From Paramoeba atlantica (taxonomy: Eukaryota > Protista > Discosea): a stretch of 64,000 nucleotides of DNA. Under the pieces are notes generated by a model. The model made no database searches. It was given only the letters and a program-made list of their open reading frames with translations, and was not told where the DNA came from. Below, piece after piece: positions 32,497-42,715 of this stretch. The stretch spans positions 1 to 64,000 of the forward strand of contig CDRNVI010000039.1 in assembly GCA_977017575.1 (NCBI GenBank), written 5' to 3'. Made by a program: the position numbers and the translations under genes. Position 1 is the stretch's first letter. The number at the start of each line of letters is the position of its first letter.

Positions 32497-33492
32497 ATGG
32501 CTTTGTACCCACTTTTCGCTACGGAATCGCTCACTAAGTGGGTACCCATAATTAGCACATTTTGTTCTTTATTTTTTACAATGCAGAGTGTCATATTCCA
32601 AATACATTATTTCCTTTCTGCGGCAGAAGATCAACCCCCCCGCTCCTCGTGTCTGAGACGTGGAAAAGTCGATGTCTCGTTGCTCTCCCACCTGGAGCTA
32701 CTCGATCAGTTTGTCCAGCACGTACGAAACCGTCCCAAAAGTTGGACTGTCGGGAAGCATTCTCACGCATGCCATTGGAGAGGCATTACATGTGACTCTA
32801 ACCGGCAGGTGGTACGACTTCTGTGGGATAATCTCGAGCTGCGGGGAAACCTCACCTTTGGGTTACTCCCCGTAACGCTGCGGTCGCTGCGGGTGTCAGA
32901 AAACGGGTGTGCTGGTAGTGTCGCCGAGCACAATTGGCCCCCCAATCTTGAGCTCGTGAAAATGGGTCGAAATCAGTTCTCCGGCGACGTGCCTTGGGAA
33001 CTTTTTCCGAAGGGCACTGAGCATATTGATTTCCATAATAACCGCTTTGAAGGTCCGTTACAGGCAGAGAAGTTGCCCCAGACACTGGTAACACTGAACG
33101 TGGCTTACAACAAATTCCAGGGCCACTTGGATCTCACCTCGCTCCCCCGTTCGTTAAGGATTTTGGACTTGGAAAACAATCAGTTCACAGGAAAAATTGC
33201 TCTTCACACGCTTCCTAACGGAATGCGTAGATTATTTTTAAATGGGAACCACCTAGAGGGTTCAGTAGCTATTGGGGTGCTTCCCAAAGGCATGCAACAG
33301 ATTTCGCTGGCTTCAAACTCATTTAAAGGGGAATTACGCTTGGAAGTGGAGGAAGCGCAACTTCCTCGGGGTTTATTCTTCATTGATATATCACACAATT
33401 CCTTCGTGTTGTTACCTGAGTGGTTGCCATCTATCTTCATCTTAAGCGAATCACAAAAACGAATACGCGACGGTTTAGCTAACGCACGTTAG
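32497..33492 (+). CDS. Leucine-rich repeat protein (family member 1), hydrophobic N-terminus
   Basis: ACHWRGITC cap, then LPxxLxxLxLxxNxFxG repeats. Confidence 0.9.
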   Translation: MALYPLFATESLTKWVPIISTFCSLFFTMQSVIFQIHYFLSAAEDQPPRSSCLRRGKVDVSLLSHLELLDQFVQHVRNRPKSWTVGKHSHACHWRGITCDSNRQVVRLLWDNLELRGNLTFGLLPVTLRSLRVSENGCAGSVAEHNWPPNLELVKMGRNQFSGDVPWELFPKGTEHIDFHNNRFEGPLQAEKLPQTLVTLNVAYNKFQGHLDLTSLPRSLRILDLENNQFTGKIALHTLPNGMRRLFLNGNHLEGSVAIGVLPKGMQQISLASNSFKGELRLEVEEAQLPRGLFFIDISHNSFVLLPEWLPSIFILSESQKRIRDGLANAR

Positions 33493-33802
33493 CTAAATCA
33501 TAAAAGAACACGAAATAAAGATTCTTTCAAAAACAAAAGACTTTTTAAAACAGAAGCGTGTATATTAATTTTGAGTCAAGTGACCTGAAAAGTGTACCCG
33601 AAAGATACATTCTTTTAAACTGTTGATTTCAAGATTGTACGTATTCCCTTAGTCTCCTTCATCCATTAATTTTATTACATTTCGTCATGATATTTTAAAT
33701 TTAAGGCGCAAGCTTGGTGCCGCCGCGGGGTACGGTAGCTGGGCGAAGGGTGTACAGAGGGGACGATATATAAAATTTATCATCTGAAAAAAGAATGATT
33801 TA

Positions 33803-34112
33803 TTGACCCCCTTTATACTTCGCCCATTTTGAGCAGTAACGAAGTATAAAGGGGGGTCTGAATTTTTTCTCCGCTGTAAAAAAAAGGCAGCGCCGCTTCG
33901 CGACGCGGCTCTTCCAGTTTTCCTGCCTCTCCTTTTATATCACCTTCCATTTCTAGAAGAGAAGACTTAGAACGTTCTTGTTTTTTTCTAAAGTTTTAAG
34001 AAAAATTACGTAATTTTTAAAAAACAATCGTCCCCCCTCCGGGGGGCACACGAAGAACGAAGTATAAAGGGGTGGGGTCTGACCAGCGAAGTATAAAGGG
34101 GGGGGGTCACAG
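33803..34112. mobile_element. Degenerate MITE with subterminal GACCCCCTTTATACTTCG inverted repeats
   Basis: Motif occurs in both orientations at both ends; right end GGGGTCACAG|TA, duplicated at 34121-34140; left end eroded. Confidence 0.6.
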
Positions 34113-34272
34113 TACATTAATTTCAAGGGGGGTCACAGTACTAAAAAAGGTCCACACAAAGGATCTTGTTACTGTGTCAAGTCTTTGTTCAGCATAACCA
34201 ACCCATCCTTTATTTCTCCTTCATCCTCCACCCTTTTCTACCTTCTCCCCCCTCTTATTTCTTCTCCTCTCC

Positions 34273-35355
34273 ATGTCTTCCACCTCCGCCGAATCTCCCC
34301 CCTCCCCCCACTGGGGTTTTGACATTGCCTCCACGTTTGCCGCGGGCCTTGTTGCGGGGTGCTGCTCCCGGACCCTCACCGCGCCCCTGGACCGCATCAA
34401 GCTCCTGATGCAGGAGGGCCGCATCCTGCAGCACACGATGCCCCACCCCACGGTGCACATCCTGGCGCGTGACCTGCAGCGTCCCCGGTACAACCTCCCG
34501 GAGGTCGTGCGCGTGGTGATGCGGGAGGGGGGGCTCAGCTCCTTCTGGCGCGGCAACGGCATCAACTGCCTGAAAGCGGGGCCGGAGTTCGCGACGATGT
34601 TCACCGCGCGCCACTTCTTTGAGTCCCAGTTCGGGTCCTCCCCGGGGGAGGGGACCCGCGCCGAAGGGGAGCGTACGAACGTGTTGGAGAACTTTGTGCT
34701 GGCGGGGGCTGCCGGGGCGACGGCACAGATTCTGATCTACCCAATGGAGCTGATTAAGGCCCGTATGGCGGTGGCCAGTGCGGGGGAGTTTCGTGGCCTG
34801 GGGGATTGTGTCGTGCAGTGCTGGCGACGGGGTGGGGCGCGGGAGTTCTACAAGGGACTGGGAGCTAACCTTTCGGGGATTGTCCCGAATCGTGGTATCG
34901 AGATGGGATTGTTTTTCACCTTGGAGGACCTGTGGAGAAGCAGCACGGGGGAAGCCCCGCCGGTGAAGGCGCTGACAGTGATGGGTGCGGTGTCCTCGAC
35001 CATCGCACAAATTGCGACCTACCCGTTGAATTTAGTGCGGCTGAAAATGCAAATTCAAGGGGTGAACGGACGCCCGGTTATCTACTCCTCCATGTTTCAC
35101 TGCATCACCCATATTTTTCGCAATGAGGGATACAGAGGTTTGTTTCGTGGGATCCTTCCCAATCTAATGAAAGGGGTACCTGCTTCCACTTCTATGTACG
35201 TTATCTTTCGAGGTACGAAGAATGCGATAGATTCGCAATTAGATCCATTGAAAGGTATAAAAAAGGAGAGCACGAAGCCTGAAGTCCAAAACTTGCCAGT
35301 CACTACATCCCCAGAGAGTGTTGCCATTGCAACGCCGGATACAGTGGCTGAGTAG
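34273..35355 (+). CDS. Mitochondrial carrier (SLC25), ATP-Mg/Pi or CoA carrier-like, no EF-hand extension
   Basis: Three repeats with PLDRIK, PMELIK and PLNLVR signatures; FWRGNGINCLK, FYKGLGANL, LFRGILPNLMK. Confidence 0.92.
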   Translation: MSSTSAESPPSPHWGFDIASTFAAGLVAGCCSRTLTAPLDRIKLLMQEGRILQHTMPHPTVHILARDLQRPRYNLPEVVRVVMREGGLSSFWRGNGINCLKAGPEFATMFTARHFFESQFGSSPGEGTRAEGERTNVLENFVLAGAAGATAQILIYPMELIKARMAVASAGEFRGLGDCVVQCWRRGGAREFYKGLGANLSGIVPNRGIEMGLFFTLEDLWRSSTGEAPPVKALTVMGAVSSTIAQIATYPLNLVRLKMQIQGVNGRPVIYSSMFHCITHIFRNEGYRGLFRGILPNLMKGVPASTSMYVIFRGTKNAIDSQLDPLKGIKKESTKPEVQNLPVTTSPESVAIATPDTVAE

Positions 35356-35688
35356 TGGTTACAAATCCAATACACCGTATCCTGACAAACCAGTTCTTTG
35401 TAGTTTTGAGGTCGCGCAAAATTCTAGTCCAGATCCACTTACAGCGACTTATATTTTCCGAATTGTAATTCGGAGCCTATGTTTATCTTGACCATACTCA
35501 CGTTATGTCCCTCTGCTTGTTGTCACGCGTATACTTTTAAATGGGCGGTAGAATTATGAGGTGTAGTCCCACAGCGCATGTGTTTTTCGTGAGTAATCGT
35601 CAACGTATCCCGATCATCTCATTTTTCTTACATGACTAGATTTTTTTCTTTCCCCATTTGATCTATACAGACTTCTTACGCAAACGCC

Positions 35689-37197
35689 ATGTGGCGAAAA
35701 ACCCTTGCGCGGCATTTCCAAGCCAAAATGGGTGATCTCCCGGACGTCCGCCCCGTCTCCTTTCACATGCTCTACAACAGCTGCACCCAACACAAACACG
35801 CCACCGTCACCATTGACTGCCTCTACCGCTCCATCCCCATGTCCGCTGCCGCCTACCTCCTCTGGAGTACCCCCCACGGCACTGACCCCTCCACCCCCCT
35901 CCACGCCGCCCTCATCGACAACAACACCACCCACGCCCTCCCCGCGATCGAGGCCGAGTTCGCCAACGTGGAAAAGAACTCCGGGCTGCGCTACGACCAC
36001 ATCCGCTATCTCATTGTCACCCACATCCATCTCGACCACGCAGGCGCCACCGGGGCGTTGCTCCAGAAATGTCCCAATGCCACAGTGCTGTGTCACCCGA
36101 ACGCCGTGCGCCATCTCGTGGACCCGAGCTACCTGACCGCCGCAGTCACTAAGGTCTATGGAAAAGCAAAGTTCAAAGAGCTCTACGGGGAACTGCTGCC
36201 CTGTGAGCCCTCACGCGTACGCGCGGTGGGGGATAACGAAACCGTGGAGCTCGGGCCGGAGCGCACGCTTCGGTTTTACCATGTCAGCGGCCACGCGAGG
36301 CATCACATGGTGGTGTGGGACGGCCTGACGCGGAGTGTGTTCACCGGGGACGCGTTCGGGGTGCGCTACCCCTGGCTGGAGCTCTACAACGTCCGGGAGT
36401 CGTTCTACTTCCCCTCCACCCCCCCGAGTGAGTTCAGCGCGGCGGAGCAACGGGAGGGGGTGGAGCGGATTCTCGCGCTCAAGCCGCGGCGGGGGTATTT
36501 GACGCATTATGGGATGGCGGAGGATTTGGAGAAGGGGGCGCGGCAGCTGAGGGAGGCGCTGGATTTTCACGAGGTCGTGCAACGTGGGATGGAGAAAAAG
36601 CTGATGCAGGAAATGGAAAAAGAAGACTCGAGGGAAGGGGATCTCGAGGCGAGTCTTATGGAGAACGGCAAATCGGAGATACGCCGGTGGTTGGAAGATG
36701 CTTTACGAGAAAAGGGTTTGTCCTCGGATGATGGGGATTTTTGGGGCTTTTTTAACGCTGAGGTGGATCTCAATGCCCAAGGATTGCTGTGCGCCGCGAA
36801 AAAGAGAATCAAAGATAACCCTTCAGGTGTTCGTGAAGATTTATTAAAAGAAAGGAAGCCGGAGAGCGTAAAAGTTCAATCCCCACAAGAGCCAGTGGGT
36901 GAAGTGGACGACGAAGAGCCCACTCCTGTGGCACCAGAAAACACATCTCCTATCACGCCCAAGACATTGTCGGTACAAACACCAATCTCACAGATGACCA
37001 AAGATGAACTCGAAATTAGTTTTAGAGAGTTAGGACTTGAACGATATTGCAACTTGATTCGAGAGCAAGAGCTTGACGGATTCGTCTTTTCTCACATGTT
37101 GGATGTGGACATGAGAAAGATATTTCCTAATCTTTCTTATGGCGCTTTTACGAGATTACGCTTGCTTCGAGATCGTGACGCATCTTTAGAAAAATAG
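35689..37197 (+). CDS. Metallo-beta-lactamase-fold hydrolase with C-terminal SAM-like domain
   Basis: THIHLDHAG, GHARHH, FTGDAFG, LTHYG; C-terminal LGLERYCNLIREQELDG...LSYGAFTRL is SAM-like. Confidence 0.88.
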   Translation: MWRKTLARHFQAKMGDLPDVRPVSFHMLYNSCTQHKHATVTIDCLYRSIPMSAAAYLLWSTPHGTDPSTPLHAALIDNNTTHALPAIEAEFANVEKNSGLRYDHIRYLIVTHIHLDHAGATGALLQKCPNATVLCHPNAVRHLVDPSYLTAAVTKVYGKAKFKELYGELLPCEPSRVRAVGDNETVELGPERTLRFYHVSGHARHHMVVWDGLTRSVFTGDAFGVRYPWLELYNVRESFYFPSTPPSEFSAAEQREGVERILALKPRRGYLTHYGMAEDLEKGARQLREALDFHEVVQRGMEKKLMQEMEKEDSREGDLEASLMENGKSEIRRWLEDALREKGLSSDDGDFWGFFNAEVDLNAQGLLCAAKKRIKDNPSGVREDLLKERKPESVKVQSPQEPVGEVDDEEPTPVAPENTSPITPKTLSVQTPISQMTKDELEISFRELGLERYCNLIREQELDGFVFSHMLDVDMRKIFPNLSYGAFTRLRLLRDRDASLEK

Positions 37198-37527
37198 AGT
37201 GTTAAGGTGAATGTACGTGCTCGTGGACCGTATCTGTAAGTAAGAAAATACTTACGTAATTTGCTCGGGTTGTACATTTAGCTGGATGCAGTGTAGTGTA
37301 GCTTTGATACGCCACAGCGTCGTACGAAACCGTACACGCTGATTCACTATACTGAGCCTTACGGTGTATTTATACCTTTGTACTACCTTTGTATTCCCTC
37401 TTTCGCAGCTGGTAATGGACGAAATCCTCCGAACATTTTTTCACTCACGATCTACCACTAGATTTAAATTATTAAAAAGTGTTTCAACGGAAGCACAAGT
37501 ACCTTTAGTAAATTACCTTGAGATCGC

Positions 37528-37644
37528 ATGGTGAGCTCAGCACTTCATTTTTCTTGCATCGACGCATCCATTCCTCCAAGTGAACGACCTCGTCTGGGTC
37601 GGGTGCGAGGTGCCGAGCTCTCTCAAGAAATTCGCAGTAATTAG
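37528..37644 (+). pseudogene. Truncated LRR-family head (38 aa)
   Basis: MVSSALHFSCIDASIPPSERPRLGRVRGAELSQEIRSN* carries the family motif but no cap or LRRs. Confidence 0.7.
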
Positions 37645-37882
37645 TGTGCTGTAAATTTTGCGCTTGACGAATGAAGTGTTGTCTCCGTGGAGGGATTCAG
37701 AATATTACTGAATTTTGGTTTTCTATTTACATGTACTTTATTCTGTCGAGCTCAGGGTCTAGAGGTTTTCCTGTTACACTCAGGTAATCTGAGAGATAAT
37801 CTGATTACATAATCTGATATTATGTAATCATGTTCCCTATGCTCATGAACTAGCAACATTTTTTCAAAAGCAAGACTATACA

Positions 37883-38710
37883 ATGTATAGAGTTTTACAA
37901 ATGTTATTTTTTACCAGTATTAATGGTTACCAGTATTTTTTACCAGTTAGTTATCCGTGCGAAAACTTTTGTATGCTTTGCGAACCCAGTGGACGCGTTT
38001 TTGCTGATGTAAGGACAGTCAGGAGAGAAGTATTTTTACCCCTCCCGACCACTCTTCCTTCACATTGTTTCGGTGACGACGCATCTGGATCAAATACGCG
38101 CATTTTAGCTTTGAATTTTCAACAAAAGAGGCTTCTACTTACTCCTCTGCGAACGGACTTGGTGTGTATTTTATGGATTCCATTTGAAATGGGAATCAAC
38201 GTAAAAGGGGGAGTACGCATTCCTGCTGGAGTTAGCATTGAAATCAGAACCAATGACAAAATAGTTATTGTTCCCGCTACTGTACCCCTCGATAGAGATT
38301 CCCATAATGTGCATGTTGAAACGTTTAAATCTGAGGCTGCGCATTGTACATTTGTCGTATACGTCCCTGATAGACACAGTGTAGAAGATTCATTGCCCTT
38401 AAAAGGTTCGAAATACGCACACACAAAAAAGTCTATGTATTCTGTATCCCGTGGTAAACATAGAAGAATATCGAAAATGAGAGTCCATTGCCCTGTTGAA
38501 CGTCAACCATCAAAATTGCCTGAAATGCATGAAGGCTTCTCCAATAAAATAGAGAATCAAGAAGAAGAAAACACTTTTTGTAAGGAAGAACAAGATGAAG
38601 TTTCCGTGCAAAAACCATTTTGCCGATACGGCAAACACTGTTATCAAAAAAATGATCACCATCTTAACACTTTTCGACACGATTTTGAGAATAGTGTAGA
38701 TGTGGTTTGA
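37883..38710 (+). CDS. PBZ (poly-ADP-ribose-binding) zinc-finger protein, APLF-like layout
   Basis: C-terminal CRYGKHCYQKNDHHLNTFRH matches the PBZ pattern; acidic stretch before it; beta-rich FHA-like N-terminal half. Confidence 0.75.
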   Translation: MYRVLQMLFFTSINGYQYFLPVSYPCENFCMLCEPSGRVFADVRTVRREVFLPLPTTLPSHCFGDDASGSNTRILALNFQQKRLLLTPLRTDLVCILWIPFEMGINVKGGVRIPAGVSIEIRTNDKIVIVPATVPLDRDSHNVHVETFKSEAAHCTFVVYVPDRHSVEDSLPLKGSKYAHTKKSMYSVSRGKHRRISKMRVHCPVERQPSKLPEMHEGFSNKIENQEEENTFCKEEQDEVSVQKPFCRYGKHCYQKNDHHLNTFRHDFENSVDVV

Positions 38711-38930
38711 GTGAACTACACCTTGCTTTCCTAGAGAAATTGCTAAACAGATTAGCAATATTACCTAAATACCGAGTATAAAGTATGTACCTACTATATT
38801 GTACTATATCTATCATTCATCCTCTTGTATACTGCCCCCCCCCCTTGTTTGTACGATAATTATATTAAAAAATCTTTTAGAGAATTTTTATTTTGTCGGA
38901 CTACTTTCTTTGGCATACATATTTATTCTC

Positions 38931-39527
38931 ATGAATTGCAAACTCGGGTTATTCGCCGCGGACACGAGTTACACCGCTACTCGGTTGGGTCGCGTAAGTG
39001 CTGCGCTGTCGCAAGAATATCGGCTTTTAATGTTTCTTCAGAATGTGTCTAATCTAAGTCCCTCGTGGGACTCACACACTCCTGCATGTCAGTGGGATGG
39101 TGTAAACTGCAATCAAGACGGAGAAGTAACAGACATCAACTGGGCGGGGAAAAAATTGGAAGGAACACTTGATTGGAAAAGTCTACCGGAAAGTCTTCTT
39201 GAGTTGCGGCTCTATTCAAACAGGTTGTCAGGTAGCATTGTTCTCGGAGACTTACCTCGCAATTTGAGGTACTTCAGCGTGGGATCGAATAAATTTTCCG
39301 GGAGCATTAACCTCCAGAAAGCACCAAAAGCAATGGAACGACTTCTTGCTGGTGATAATAAGCTTTCGGGTCCTGTGTATTTTGATAATTTGCCGCCGAA
39401 CTTAAGCTTTCTTTACTTGTCTAGGAATGCAAAGCTTTCAGGTAGCGTGGACGGGTCGATATTGCCCTGTAGATTGAAAAACGGAAGTCTTTATATTGAT
39501 GGATCGTACATAGTGTACTCCCCTTAG
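38931..39527 (+). CDS. LRR protein (family)
   Basis: RLGRVSAALSQEY, ACQWDGVNC, LRRs; ATG at 38931. Confidence 0.9.
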   Translation: MNCKLGLFAADTSYTATRLGRVSAALSQEYRLLMFLQNVSNLSPSWDSHTPACQWDGVNCNQDGEVTDINWAGKKLEGTLDWKSLPESLLELRLYSNRLSGSIVLGDLPRNLRYFSVGSNKFSGSINLQKAPKAMERLLAGDNKLSGPVYFDNLPPNLSFLYLSRNAKLSGSVDGSILPCRLKNGSLYIDGSYIVYSP

Positions 39528-39910
39528 CTATCTGCCGTATCTGCACCCTCTAGTCAGCTGTTTTTTTTCGCTTTTCGAAAAAGTGTGACAGATAAGTAGG
39601 AAGATTCAGTAAGATGAAATGTATAGATTTTATACTGTAAAGAACAACGTACAACGTGCAATACCTTGTATTGCGGAATATCAGTAATGTCAAGAAAAGA
39701 TCTTTACTTCTGTTTATGTGTGTATAGCAGTTGTGTATACGTGGTATCAACCAAACTCGATTTGATGCATTGACGTCAGGAGTCACTGATTTTTGAACCG
39801 AAAAGTTCTCTTTTCCTTTCAAAAGCAGTTTGTTGCATCCACTTTTGAGTAGATCGTGTCGCATCCAAAAAACTGTGTTTACTTTTCTAATACATGTCAT
39901 TTGTCGTAAC

Positions 39911-40708
39911 ATGATCGAGTGCCATTCCTTGATCAGGGCAGCAACTGTTGATGATGAAAATTTCGGCCGTTCACGAACCAGCAAAGTTCGTGGCGCAGAA
40001 TTTTCACCGGAGATCCTTTTACCTCTTTTTATGCAATTTGTTATTAATCGGCGATCAACTTGGAATCAGGATATGTCCGTGTGCCATTGGACTGGAGTAT
40101 ATTGTAGTTCCATTCTTCCTCCAGTTGTTAGTCGAATTATAGTCCCAACAGCAAGATTACGGGGAAATATTACATGGAAGTATTTGCCTCAATCCGTCGA
40201 AGTTCTCCGCTTTCCACAAAACTTATTAAGCGGTGAGATTCAGCTTGCGTACCTCACGAGGCATCGCGGTTTGCGTATTTTATCTTTGGAGTGTAACTTG
40301 TTTTCCGGTAGTATATCACTTGATGCTTTACCTTATCGGTTGACAGAATTTAATGTCTCGCAAAATGATCTTTCAGGAAATCTTGATTTTAAACATCTGC
40401 CGCAGACCTTGGTAAATCTCCGATTGCAACATAATAGATTTTCAGGGGGGATTGAGCTGCGCTCTTTGCCCAAAGGACTTAGAGAACTAGATGTAAGTCA
40501 CAATCATTTGTATGGTTCATTAGATTTCTCTTCGTTAGCAACCGCCGAATGTGCCCACGGACTAACCTTAAAATTGTATAAAAATCAATTTAGCGGAGTC
40601 GCAGATTGTAGCCCAGTGCCGCAGAGTTGCATCGTTCAACTTTGGTCGAACCGTATCACTGAATATCATCCTATGGATCTCCCGATGAACATACAGATAG
40701 ATCCCTAA
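39911..40708 (+). CDS. LRR protein (family)
   Basis: SKVRGAEFSPE, VCHWTGVYC, LRRs. Confidence 0.9.
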   Translation: MIECHSLIRAATVDDENFGRSRTSKVRGAEFSPEILLPLFMQFVINRRSTWNQDMSVCHWTGVYCSSILPPVVSRIIVPTARLRGNITWKYLPQSVEVLRFPQNLLSGEIQLAYLTRHRGLRILSLECNLFSGSISLDALPYRLTEFNVSQNDLSGNLDFKHLPQTLVNLRLQHNRFSGGIELRSLPKGLRELDVSHNHLYGSLDFSSLATAECAHGLTLKLYKNQFSGVADCSPVPQSCIVQLWSNRITEYHPMDLPMNIQIDP

Positions 40709-40908
40709 ATTATTTGTGAACTTTAAGTACTCCAGCACGTGGTCGCATGTACTCGGCAAATCGTACGCCGTACTCGGTAAGGTATGTAAATAGCAAATAA
40801 ACTTCGACCAGTTTCAATGAAAACGAAATGTAAAGGGAGATAATAATTAAAAAAATTAACGTTCTTAAATTTCTCCCTTTCAAAAAATAAACACACCCCA
40901 ACGAGATA

Positions 40909-42315
40909 CAGTCAGCAAAAAAACCGTTCGATTGTTTCGGTTTTTTTTCTTTTGTATAGAGCTATTGATTAAATATCACCGTTGCGCTGGTAATGTGTGC
41001 TAGTAGTGTAGGCATGAGTGTCACCTAATAGTACCCGTAGATAGTCCACCTCAGTTCGTTCTACCAAAGAAATAAGAATGAATATAAAAAAGTTTAGCAT
41101 TCGAAAGGTTTTTTTGCTACCTATTATAGAGAAAATCTTGTCCCGAAAAATAGATGAAACGTAATGGCCCAAGAGAGATTATGCCCGTAAAATTAGTATT
41201 TAGTATTCCCCACACGAGCCTTCAGCACTGCCTTCATACGGGCAGGCATACTGTCCACCTGGGCACGGCATACTGAAGGTGGTATGTTCGCCCATTCCAT
41301 TTTTACCCTCTCCCACAACTCTCGGACCCCGCTTGGTGGATCATCGTGCGCTGCAAGGCGCCGCTTGAGTTCCCCCCAAACGTTTTCGATTGGATTTAAG
41401 TCAGGGGACTGCGGGGGCCACCGCATGACTTCAAACCCGGTACCCCGGAGGTGCCGCTGCGCACAATGGTTTGTGTGCTTGGGGTCATTATCTTGTTGGA
41501 AGATGACCATTGGGGGGTCTAGACCCATAGTTTCGATGGAGGGGGCAAGATTCTCTTCAAGAATCTCGACGTACTGTGTGGCGTTCAGGTTCCCTTGAAC
41601 TAGACGCACATGCCCCACACCGCTTCGGGACATGCACGCCCAAATCATGATGTGCCCCCCTCCGTACTTTACCGTGGGAATTACCCCTTTTTCACCCAGT
41701 TCCTCCCCCGGGGTCCCCCATGTCCAAAGACTTCCCCCCGTTTCAAAGCGCGAGATCTTCGTCTCGTCCGACCATACAACTGGAGCCCAGTCGTGCACTG
41801 TCCAGTGCTCATGGGCCGTGGCAAAGTCCATCCGAAGCTTGCGATGGCGCTTGGACAGGTAGGGCTTGCGGACACGCTTTCTACCTTTTTGTCCGAAGCG
41901 GTGCATCGAAACTCGGATAGACTGAGGAACAACATCAGCAACGCCCTCGCGGCGCAGCTGAGATGATACTTCTCGCGCAGAATTGCCGGAGAACACAAGT
42001 CGTCGCACACGGCGTGTGCACGGCTCGGAAAGCTTTCGAGGGCGTCCACCCTGCATCCTGAGAGTATCAGGCCATTCTTTTTTTAATATCATAGAAATTG
42101 TTGAGATGCTTAAATTTACTGTATCAGAGATGGACCTCATAGACACACCGCTGTCGTAGAGCTCTGCAATTTGTTTCTTTACGTAACGTGGTGTGGGCCT
42201 CATATAGAGTGCAAAATGTAACAGTGTAAGATAAACAATGTAATAGTGTAAGATAAACAATGTAATAGTGTAAGATAAACTCTATAACCTACTACCAAGG
42301 GGTAATTCCTGACTG
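40909..42315 (-). mobile_element. Tc1-like element (1407 bp), DD34E, with very short imperfect TIRs
   Basis: TA|CAGTCAG at 40909 and CTGACTG|TA ending at 42315; similarity decays after ~10 nt. Confidence 0.75.
41193..42203 (-). CDS. Tc1 transposase, intact, DD34E
   Basis: GRPRKL, RKRVRKPYL, WSDETK, FQQDNDPKH, WPPQSPDLNPIENVW; likely ATG at 42203 (the upstream in-frame extension is a ~22-bp tandem repeat). Confidence 0.95.
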   Translation of the reverse strand: MRPTPRYVKKQIAELYDSGVSMRSISDTVNLSISTISMILKKEWPDTLRMQGGRPRKLSEPCTRRVRRLVFSGNSAREVSSQLRREGVADVVPQSIRVSMHRFGQKGRKRVRKPYLSKRHRKLRMDFATAHEHWTVHDWAPVVWSDETKISRFETGGSLWTWGTPGEELGEKGVIPTVKYGGGHIMIWACMSRSGVGHVRLVQGNLNATQYVEILEENLAPSIETMGLDPPMVIFQQDNDPKHTNHCAQRHLRGTGFEVMRWPPQSPDLNPIENVWGELKRRLAAHDDPPSGVRELWERVKMEWANIPPSVCRAQVDSMPARMKAVLKARVGNTKY

Positions 42316-42715
42316 TACATATGCGGGGCCTGGCGTGTTACTCGTGAAAGAGAGTGGCAACTTCCCAAAGGCGGTGAAAACCCCTGAGGGAGCCAGTGAC
42401 CAACCGGGGCAACTCGTGTCCATCATTTTCAACGAGTGAAGAGAATCGTGTATTCGGAACAATTGGGTCGAAAAACTGTGCCTTGCAAAATATTTCCAAA
42501 ATCGAATAAAATACAAGACACGTACCGTTGTGTACACCCCTGTATTTGAACGAATTTGTGTGTTCCTACTCTAAAGCACTCCCATTGCGTTCGCATAGCA
42601 CTGCCTCGCTACATTTCACGATTTTTTATGACCCAAATACTTCAACTCTCATTAGCTTTTTCTTTTTTTACGGTTCACAATTTTACAATTCGTATTGCGA
42701 TTTTCAGTTCCAAGC

